Below, piece by piece: positions 54,191 through 64,000 of a stretch of 64,000 nucleotides of DNA. The position numbers and the translations under genes were made by a program. Numbering within the stretch: the stretch's first letter is position 1; each line of letters begins with the position of its first letter. The notes under the pieces are model-generated. The model worked only from the letters and a program-made list of their open reading frames with translations. It searched no databases and was not told the DNA's origin. Origin of the DNA: Ministeria vibrans ATCC 50519. Taxonomy: Eukaryota; Protista; Filasterea. The stretch covers positions 78,938-142,937 of the forward strand of contig CALSCP010001488.1 in NCBI GenBank assembly GCA_943704425.1, given 5' to 3'.

Positions 54191-55664
54191 TCAGCGCTCG
54201 GCGTGGGACACCTTGACGCCAAGCATTTCCAGCAGGGCCTTGTCTGCATTGTCGTCCCACGCATTGCGATCCCACTCGCCCGGCAATGGGACCTACAGCA
54301 ACCATGAGAATGATCAAGCCGTTATCTCATTCATTGTGTCTTTATACCTTTCGGGCGCGCTCAATGGCTTGTCTCTGGCGCCTGCGCTCCGTCTGTTGGG
54401 CAGCATCGGCAGCAGCCCCCCCACACCCCACCACCACCACACTCTCCAGCACCAGCGTGCGCGACACTGCCCCCACAAGCTCCACTCCGTCCGTCAGCGA
54501 TTCCCCTATCCACAGTCGTCGTCGCTGGGCACTCCCCCCAAATCCCACTCCAACTGTCGCTGTGCGGCTCTTCTCCACAAACACCGCAAAGGGTCGATCA
54601 CAGTCGCACGCAGACTGCGCCGGCAGCAGCCGCAGCAAAGCTGCACCCGAGTCTGATCCAAACCCATTGCCTCCCTCGCTCCACTGCGTGTTGGTCGTCG
54701 CCACCCACACCACGCCCGTCCCACCCCCTTCCCGCACAACCGTCAGCGTCGGGCCCGCATAGCTCACAACGTGGTGCTTTAGACGGTTCAACGACGACCC
54801 GTGCTCACTGCGGTCGTATAGCACCTTCCATTGGGCCGCCCGTCGACCTGCAAACGCCGCTGGCACTCCCAACAGAATCGCTGGGAGCAGCTCCTCGAGT
54901 TCTTGCTGTCGCTGAGCACTCCCCTCCGCAATCATCTCCGGCACATTGGTAGAGGTCAATTCTGAAAAGGGCCAGCGTGCAAGGTCACAGTTGGCCCGCT
55001 CACGCGCCTCCACCATCGTTTCGCCCGCCCACACCGACAAGCTGCTCGCAAGTTCGTATCGTAGCGGCGTAAACAAATCTGCATCATCATCGCATTATCA
55101 ACACATCACCCGCTTGCGTACCACTGCACATCTCACGGCCTACCTGGAATCTCTGTGGTAATGTAGGCAACGGCAGTGGCCATGCTCACTTCGCCCTGCG
55201 ACGCGGCTTCGCCCCGGCCCATGACGCCCGCATGAAGCCCACTGACATTGCCCGAGCCCACACAGGCACCCAGCAGAATCGCCACCTCAGCGCTCGTCAG
55301 CGTCTCACGCCCATCGCTAAACACAGCGAGCAGCGCGCGTGCATTGAGCGCGTCGTCGCGCCGCAGCAGCGCAGCGACCCCTTCAACGAACGGCGCCACA
55401 CTGAGCGACGCGTCGCCACCACGTCGAATGGCGTCGAAGAGAACGCGCGAAACCGACACATTCACATCGGACATGCCCCTCTGGAACATCTGCAGAGTGA
55501 GAGCGGGTGCCCCGGCCGGCAAGAGCCCCTACACAGAGAGAACAGCGAGAGATGACACAATTGTGTCATACTTATTAAAAAAAACGTCACTCAATTACTC
55601 GAAAGGCCCGGGCGATCCACTGCATGGCAGGATCAGGCGGTGTTTTTGAGTCGGCGTTGCCCAT
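54191..55664 (-). CDS. N-myristoylated TLDc-domain protein (MEAK7/TLDC1/Rtc5-like), 4 exons
   Basis: MGNADS myristoylation start; degenerate EF-hand-like region; TLDc motif WKVLYDRSEHGSSLNRLKHHVVSYAGPTL..RLWIGESL..VVGCGG; tail VPLPGEW..DKALLEM. Confidence 0.85.
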
Positions 55665-55700
55665 GACGAAAGGGAGGCGATCGACAATAATTGAATGATC

Positions 55701-55704
55701 NNNN
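55701..55704. other. Assembly gap (NNNN)
   Basis: Four N bases. Confidence 1.
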
Positions 55705-55744
55705 TTGTTTTTTATTCGTCGTTAAATGATGATAATAATTATTT

Positions 55745-57305
55745 TTATTCAAGAGAAAAGGCAGTGACATGTTCAAGGAGTTCGGCAAACACTCCGGATT
55801 TTCTTGTGATAATCTTAAACCGACCGTCTGTACCAATGGTACAAGCGCTACACCACAAAACACACACACACACACACACAAGAAAAAAAACAAAAAAAAA
55901 CAAAAGCAGTCAGTAAGGCATTGTGAGGTTTCGCGTCAAGGGGGCGTACTGAGTTGAGACGCGCACAAGAGTGAGCGCAGTGACATTGATGTGCATGTGA
56001 TGGAAGATGTGGTCGAGAACGGCACGAAGGAGAGCATCGGCACACTCTGCGTCTGACGCATCGGTGCCCTGAGCAGCACCCACAATGTTCAGATAGAGGG
56101 CGTGGAGGGCGCGCGGGTCGACTGAGACGGAGAGTTCACTGAGGCCCGCTTTCGAGACGGAGTCGGGAAGTCCGAAGACAAATTCGTATGGGGCGCGTGG
56201 GGCGGTTGCGGGGAGACCACCCGCGTCGGACGGGTCGACAAGCCAGCGCACCGAGTTGAAGGCAAGCCACGAAAGTTCGGTGGGCGGCACACGCATTAGT
56301 GAGACGGAACAGTCATAGTGGCGACGCAGCCACAGACTCACCTCCTGTGCGATGCGTTTGGGACCCTTGACCAGCATGAGCGGCAAATGTGTAAAGTTGG
56401 GGTCGACGCGCGGGTGTAATGGTCGCGTCTCGTCCGTAACAGCGACCAAGACCACTGTGAGGATAGCTGCTGCGACCTTGGCTGCTTCTTGGCGCTTGGC
56501 CTCACGCTGGTTGCGCACCCACACGTCCTCCGTCTGTCGCGACCGAGTGCCAAGTGCCCTTCTGCGCAGCAGGTCTTCGTCGTCGGCGCCCTCACGTTCC
56601 GCAATTTCCTCGGGGTCCATGGGCAGGCGCAGCACTGTGATGGCGAGTGCATCGGCCACAGCGGAAGTGCACGGTCCAACCGAACTGCGGATGCTGTCGG
56701 TGACCGAGCCCGTCTCGTCTGCCTGTCGCAACATCTCCATCATTTCCTGGTGCGAGTTGTCGTCACCAAGGCCGCTCACACGACTAATCTTGGCGAGCAG
56801 GCGCCCGTCGCTAATCATGTCGGCCTCTTCCTTGACGCCCGTCGTCATGTCGCCAATCTCCATACTGCCATCGGCAATGGTTTTCAGCTGCGCCGTCAAC
56901 TGCCGCCCCATCGCCTCAAGCGACGCCTCGTCCGTGCGCATGCTGTACAGCGGCGACACCCGGTACATGGACCAGGTGCGCCCGACCAGGTGCGCCGCTG
57001 AGTTGACCGTAGCCGCCTGAAGTTGTCCGCTGGCATCGCGAACGCGTCGCAGCGCAAACGGCTGCTTCAGCGACAGCACTTCGTCAAGGCGCCGCACCAG
57101 CCCAGCCTTCGACGACTAAGCACCAATCCAAACAGTCAGCCCCCATCCCAAAGCACCTCCCCCTCCATCGCTCGTCTCTTTTCCCAATTTCAACTTTCGC
57201 GCCCAAACTCGTTTTTTTGTTTTTTGTTTTTTGTGTTTTGACTCCCAAGTCACTTACCTGTTCGCTCAATGTCGGACTTGCCGCATGCGTCATAAGAGCA
57301 CTCAT
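55745..57305 (-). CDS. CENPL: Centromere protein L (CCAN), 3 exons
   Basis: LVGRTWSMYRVSPLY, NFTHLPLMLVKG..WLRRHYDC..LSWLA and HIFHHMHIN..LVRVST|HACTIGTDGRFKI match the CENP-L family blocks. Confidence 0.85.
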
Positions 57306-57607
57306 GCTGGAAACACAAAACGAGGCTGAAAACAAGTCTCAAGTCTGTCTGTCAAACGACAAAGCGAGAAATAAAAAAAAATAAACTGAATTTGATATTT
57401 TCAATTTTGATTGGAATTTGAAAAACCAATCACAACAGATAATGGTGTGTGTGTGTTTTTGAGGGGAGGGCCGGCAGCTTGATCACTGATCAGATGCAAG
57501 CATTTAAGCACACACACGTCTTCAAACATGAACATGAACATAATTTTTGACTTTTGACTTTTGACTTTTGAGTTTTTTTTTCACCTTTTTTTCTTCACTT
57601 TTTTGTG

Positions 57608-60600
57608 ATGCTTGACGTTGGCTCGATTGCATCGGCACTCAGCGTGTCGGCCGATGTTGTCAGCCGATGCGCACAGCTGAGCAGCGTCGATGTGGATGCG
57701 CTCCTTGCGAGTGTTGCTGGCGTGGTGCCCAAACTGCTCAAAAACGACGACGTCGACACCGAATCGCAATTTCATGCGTTCGAATCCGAGCTGGACAGTG
57801 CCCGGCAGCAGGCGGAGGCGAGCGAACGCGAACGCGAGTCGCTCACGGCCAAACTCGACGAGGCGGTGGCGCGTGCGGAGCAGGCAACGCGCGACCTGGA
57901 GCAGTTTCGCGAGCAGGTTCGCGCGGCGCAGACTCAAGCGACCACGGCCGCCAGCCAGTCGGCGACAGCGACGAGCGCACGCCAACAGGCGACGGAGGAG
58001 CTTACTCGCAAGCAGCTCGAGTGCGATCGCCTGACGGAGCAGCTTGCACAGTCGGCGGAGCGCGCTCAACAGCTCACCGACGAACGTGCGAAAATTCGTG
58101 CGGACCTCGAGGACGAGCGCAGCCAACGAATGACCGCGAGCGTTCGCGAGGAGCGACTCGGTCGCGAGAAGGAGCTTCTGCGCAAGGAGATCGAGTACCT
58201 CACCGAGCAGCTCTCGGCCAAGAGCAGCGAATTGTTCACAACAAAAACCGACGCAGCGTCGACCGGCAGTGTGCTCCGCCAAGAGCGTGACACGGCACGT
58301 GCCGAAGCCCAACAGCTCGACACCATCGTCGTCGAGTTGCGCGCGCGTCTTAGTGATCGCGATACCAAACTTGCTGCCGAAATGGAACGGTACAAGGAGG
58401 CGCGCACCGAACTGACCGAGGTTGAGGCTCGCTTCAAGACAGAACTCGCCACGCAGCAGCGTCTCGTCAACCTGTACCTCTCCAAGGACAGTGAGAGTAC
58501 CAAGCAAATTGAACAACTCACGCGTGCGGTCGACGAGCTCCAGAAGCTCGTGGCGTCCGCCAAGGAGGACCGTGCGGCCGCCGTGAGTGCCGTCGAGCGC
58601 GACGCCGACGCCCTGCGCACCACCATCAAGGAACTCGATGCACGCATCGACCAGCTTGTCGTCGAAAACACCCGTGCTAACCAATTGCTTCAGTCGGGTC
58701 TCGACGGCGGCGACATCGACGATGGCAGTGGCAGTGGCACAGCAAGTGATCTGCAGCAGCATCAGGTGCCCATGTCCGTCTCCACCCCTCTCAAAACAGC
58801 CAAGACCGCCAGTTCGGCACTCGGCACACTGTCTCCAACAGCCGAAGTGGCCGGACGTCTGCTCAAGAGCGGTCTCTCCCTCACGGAAATGTACTCGCGT
58901 CTCAAGGACTCGCAGGCTGAGCTCATCACACAGCGCGACGAGAACCGTCGTCTCAACATGTTTCTCGAGCAGATTCTCTCTGAAATCGAACAGAAGGCGC
59001 CCGTGCTCAAGCAACAGCGTCGCGAATACGAGCAAGCACTTCAGCGCACTGCTCAGCTCACACAACGTCTCGACCTGGCACTGCGCACCGCTCAAGAGGG
59101 CGAAGAGCAGCTCAACACTTTGCGCGGCCGAGCGGACCACCTCGAGCGCGACAACGCTCGTCTCGTTCAGGAATCGGCTGATCTCTCGCGTCAGGTCTCC
59201 ACACTGCTCAAGGAAGTCGCCGACGCACGCGGCGGGGTTGTGCTTGCTGCTCCCACGCAGCACTCTCAGCTACAGAATGAGGGTGAGGATGGCGATGTGG
59301 AGATTGAACTGGATGCGAACCAGGTCATCTCGGGCACGCTTGTCGAGTTCCGTTCCATTGAGGAGCTACAGGCGCGCAATCGGCAGTTGCTCAGTGCCTT
59401 GCGGTCGCTTGGCGCCGAAAAGGAGCGCGAGGAGCGCGAGCGCACCGAGCAAGTCACCGCCGACATGGTGGCCAAGCTGGAGAACGTCACTCACGAGCTG
59501 GAGGAGTTGCAGGCGGCACGCAAACGCCAACAGCCCATGGTCGAGAGCATTGTGCGCGAGCGAGACATGTACAAGGTGTTGTTGCGTCGCGCCACCGAGG
59601 GCACCGGTGCCGATGTGGTTGCCGCCGTGCAGCAGATCCAGCGACAGGGTGAATCGACCGGCGTCAGTGGTTCGGGCAGCGTGACAGAGGGTGGCGCATC
59701 GAATCCGTCGTCACCCAGTCAGGGTGCTGACGGCGGCGGTGGTCAGGCTCGCGCTCAGTTGCTCGAGCAGCTCAACGAAGCGCGCTCCAACGAGGCGATG
59801 GCGCGGCGTGCGGTTGACGAGGTGCAGTCCGAGTACGACACGTACCGCAAAGAACACGAGGCGAACGATCGCGTTGCGCAGGCCGAGCTGGCAAAGGTAC
59901 GCGGCGACATGACCGACTTGCGCATTCTTTATGAGCGCGCGCGTGTCCAGAGCGAGTACCTCAGCGACCACAACAAGACGTTGCAGCAGAATGTGGAGGC
60001 ACAACAAAACGAGTACCAGACGTTGCGCACACGCATCGCGTCGATGAGTGAGGCCATTATCAAGCATGAGCGAGCACTCGCAAGTGCCGATGCGGAGCGT
60101 GCACAGCAAAAGGACCGCGAAGACCTGCTGCGTCGCGACTGTGCGCGTTTGCAGGCCGAGAAGGACGTGCTGACGCAGGCCGAGAAGCGCATGCAAGAGG
60201 AACTGCAGAGTGTGGCGACACAGCGCGGTCGGCTGTCGGATCTTGTGTCGGACATGCAGCGTGTGCAGAACAATCTGGAGCACGAGAGTTCGAGTGACCG
60301 TCGTCGCCTGCAGGAGAAGGTTGACGGGCTTGAGAAGGATCTTGTGCTGTCGCGCCATCGACTGCAGCAAGAGACGGACCGCCATCAGGCGGTGGTGGCC
60401 GCCAACGAGACGGAGCTGCGTGTGGTGCGCTCGCAGCTCAGTGACGCTGCGCGCGTGCAACTGGAGACACGCGAAGAGCTTGTGAGCACCAAACATGCAC
60501 TGCAGTCGGCCGTCGCTGAGCAGGAGTCGCTCAAGACACGACTAGACACAAGCGAGAAGCGTCTCACGGCCATCTTGGGTGGCGCGTCGGACTCGACTAC

Positions 60601-62599
60601 GTCGCAAGGCGACAGTGGCGGCATTGCTCCCGAGCTGGTGACGTTGCGGCGTGAACTCAACGAACGCGAGCTAGAGGTGGCACAGCTCAAGGCGCGTGTG
60701 ACCGCTGCCGAGCTGGATGCCGAGCAGTTCCGTTCGATTGCGTCAGCGACCGAAGAGGCGCTGGGCAATGTGAATCGTGTCGCGGCCGAGTACAAGGAGT
60801 CGGCCGAGCGCACGCTGGAGAACGAGCGAGCGGAGCGTGAGCGAGTGCAGACGGCCAATCGCGAACTTGAAGCGTCCCTTGGCGATCGTGCACGTGAGTT
60901 CCAGGAGCTCCAGGAACGCTTTGACGCGGAGGTGGAGCGTGCGCAAGAGGCGGCCAAGGTTTCGGCGGAGCGCATGGCAACACTGCAACAGTCTACGGAC
61001 ACGGCCGACGAGCGCATTGCGGCTGTCCGCGAAGACGTGCGTGTGCAATCCAAGTTGGCTGCGGACTCACAGGATCGCTATGAGCGTGAAGTCATGCTGC
61101 ATGCAGCGACCATGAAGGCGCTGGGCGAAGTGCGCGCGCAACTGGCTACGTTTGAGACGCGTCAACGTGAACTCGAGACGAGTCTGGCGGCAGCACAGGA
61201 GTCAACGAGCAGTGCGGAGCGCACGGCACATGCCGCAGTGAGTGCGAGCGAAACCGAGTTGGCCGAGGCGCGTCGTCGAATGGAGGACACGGAGCGTCAG
61301 AATGAGCTGCTGCACTCACAATTGGAGTCGCTGTCGGCACAGATGCAGCGACTGCAAGAGCGTGTGGGCCAGACGGGCGACGAGGGCGGCGCCGATGCTG
61401 ATGGTGGCGACGAGGAGGGCGGACTGGATACATCGTTGAACACGTCGTTGAACACGTCGTTTGTCAACAAGGCCGATTCGGAGCGCTCGATGGAGGAACT
61501 GCGCGAGATTGCGCGCTACTTGCGACGCGAGCGTGAGATTGCGTCGTGTCAAAAGGAGTTGGCGGTGCAGGAGACGGACCGTCTGAAGCAACAGGTGGAT
61601 CACTACAAGCGACGTGTCGACGAGCTGCGTGTGACGCTCGGCGAAGAGCGCGAGGCGGCCGCTCGCCATGCCTCGTCGGAACAAGAACACGCGCAGCTGG
61701 TGGAGCAAGTGCAGCAGCTGAATCTCTTGCGTGAGTCCAATGCCATGCTGCGAGCGGACAGCACGCGTCTCGAGGGCCACAACCGTGAGTTGCAGGCCAA
61801 GGTGGGAGAGCTGGAGAGTCAGATTCAGCCGGCAATGGAGGCGAAGCGCACGGTGACGGCAGCCAAGGAGGCGCTCGAAGCGGAGAAGGCGGCCCTCACG
61901 CGCGAGAATATGCGCTGGAAGGAACGCGTCAACCAGCTTCTTGTCAAGTACAAACGCATCGACCCCGAAGAGCACCGCAAGCTGACCGAGGAGCACGCGC
62001 GCGCCATGGAAGAGGTCGCGGCAGCGCAGGCACTTGCGACCGAGGCGACGGCGGCCAAGGACGCACTGACGGCGGCCAAGGATGAGCTGGCGGCGCGCAT
62101 CACGGACCTTGAGAGCGAGAATGCGGCTGTGGCTGCCGAGCTCACCGAGTCCAAGACAAAAGTGGACAAGTTCCGAACTATGTCCAAGTTTTGGGCGGAC
62201 AAGACCAAGGAGGAGCGTGCGAAGCTGAGCGAGGCACAGCAGGCACTAGAGGAGGCGAAGAAGGCGGCAGGTGCAGCCGAGTCGGCGACCGAGGCCACTG
62301 CGCAGGTGCAGCAGCTTGAGGAGCGCGTGCGTGTGCTTGGTGAGCAGGAGACGACAATTCGAGCGGACCTGGTCAAGTCACAGCAATCGCTGCAGGAGAC
62401 CTCTGAGAAGCTCAAGGCACAGCGCACAACGTTTATGACCAAAATGCGCGATGCTGTGGGAAAACTAACTGCCAAGGACAAGCTCATCACGTCCAAGGAT
62501 ACCGAACTGGAGCAGCTCAAGACACGCTTGGCCGAGGCCGAGCGTCAGCCGAAGGGGTTGCCCGTCAAGGCTGCAGCTCCAGTTGGTCTGGCCAAACCC

Positions 62600-62641
<42 letters not shown>

Positions 62642-64000
62642 CCAGCAGCAGCAACACCAGCAGCAACAACAAAAGCAGAAACAACAGCAGCAGCAACAGC
62701 ACCGGTGACAAGTACAGCAGCTCCAACTGCGCCTGTTGTTGTTCGACCTTCGCCAATTAAGCGTCCACGCGACGATGCAACGTCGCCCGTTGCTTCGGAG
62801 GAGTTGAAGCGAGCCAGGACGGAACCGGCAGTGGCTGAGTCACCCAAGGCGGAAGTGACGCCTGTCATAAGCACAACGACTACCACCACCACAACGCCGG
62901 TCGCTGCTGCAAAGAGACCGCGCGAGGATGAGGCGGTTGAAGTTGCGCCCGCTCCAGTTGCACCTCCGGTCGCAACTCCAGCGGCAACAACGACCGAGGA
63001 TCCTGCGCCAAAGAAGGCTCGTCTGTCGCTTCCTGTCGAGCAGGAGACTTCCACGCCAATGGAGACAGACACTGCTGCTCCCTCAGAGCCGACGTCTGAA
63101 CCAACGACCACCACAGCTACCACAACTCCCACAGCGTCATCGACGTCAACAGCAGCTGTGTCCGACCCTGTCGTTGCCGCGACACCCGACAGTGCGACTG
63201 AACCTGCAGCGGAACCGACAGTGGCGAGCGAGTCTCTTTCGAACGAAGGGCCTTCAGCTGTCTCAACAGCGCCCGTTGTGACTCCTATTGCTGCTACGAC
63301 TGCTGCTGCTGCTGCTGCGCCTACCCCCCCTACTGCTGCGACAACGGCGTCACCGATTCGTCCGTCGACATTTGGTAGTCTCTCTCCTGTGTGGGGCGCG
63401 CCTCGTTTTGGTGCTGCTGCAGCTACCGGTGCTGGTGGTGCTGGTGGTGGCAGTGGCTCTTCTCCGTTCCGCCCCGGTCGTCTCCCGGCTCCCGTGCTTC
63501 GTGCTACCTCACCACTGGTGCCAAGCTCAGCTGCGCTTGGCACTACAACGACGATTGCTCCTGCCTGGACTGCCAACCCGACCATTGTTGCCGCAACATC
63601 TACAGTGGCATCGACCGCTACGACGACTGCGCCCACAACGTCCGTCGCTCAGCGTCGCCCTCCCATGCCACCTTTTTCGCTGGGTTCCGTGCCTCCTCAG
63701 CAAGCAGCCGGTCTCGACGAAGACAGTGCTGTACCAAGCACCCCAACCTTTTTTACGCCCAGCTCGGCCGCGGTCGTCTCCGAGGCACCCGCCTTTGAGA
63801 CAGCTGTGCCTCCGTCGGGATCTGTGGAAGCGACAGACACAACGGGAATGCCCGACGAGGGCGTTCCAGCGGCCGTTCCCGAGGACGATGATGACGACGA
63901 AGAGGCGGTAATGGATGGCGAGGAGGATGAGGGTGATTTTGAAGTGGTACCGGTCGCAGAGGATGGTGAGAATGATGAGGACGAAGTGGTGCCCGAGGAG
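57608..64000 (+). CDS. TPR: Nucleoprotein TPR/Mlp1/Megator; appears intronless and is truncated by the window edge
   Basis: The frame from ATG 57608 is absent from the ORF track because it has no stop in the window. Coiled coil with GLSLTEMY, VEFRSIEELQARNRQLL, RYEREVMLHA, LREIARYLRREREI, QLNLLRESNAMLR, RWKERVNQLL..IDPEE and C-terminal VPSTPT. Confidence 0.95.

Noticed and set aside
55664-55745. Apparent 80-bp spacing between CENPL and the TLDc gene, suggesting polycistronic transcription
   Set aside because: The interval contains an N gap, so the true distance is unknown.
57581-63636. Long minus-strand ORFs (560, 261, 231, 363 aa)
   Set aside because: Antisense shadows of the GC-rich TPR coding frame.

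Overview
A gene-dense, intron-containing eukaryotic region. Introns are canonical GT-AG, mostly 45-300 nt and often filled with microsatellites; the standard genetic code fits. An inner-arm axonemal dynein, an animal-type SREBP, CENP-L and a tyrosine-motif-rich adaptor together suggest a flagellated unicellular holozoan such as a choanoflagellate-like organism (inference). I assembled 15 protein-coding genes by hand by phase-checking splice junctions. In order: secreted LRR protein, LCMT1, small unknown secreted protein, Jupiter/JPT, VNX1-type Ca2+/H+ exchanger, DCDC1-like, DNAH7, SREBP, COPA, glomulin, PH-RCC1-FYVE protein, Erf4/GOLGA7-like protein with nine YxN motifs, TSG101, myristoylated TLDc protein and CENP-L. 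A TPR/Mlp1 gene runs off the right edge and is missing from the ORF track. There is also a frameshifted RNase H relic of a retroelement. The most striking observation is a one-nucleotide exon (T at 25981, minus strand) in DNAH7: it lies between two complete introns and supplies the middle base of the conserved Met in [13 protein letters not shown]. Other leads are a putative palmitoylated phosphotyrosine/Grb2 scaffold, a structured 680-nt first intron in COPA, and a dispersed composite (CT)n element that brackets one exon in inverted orientation. All family assignments come from motif recognition by eye; no searches were run.
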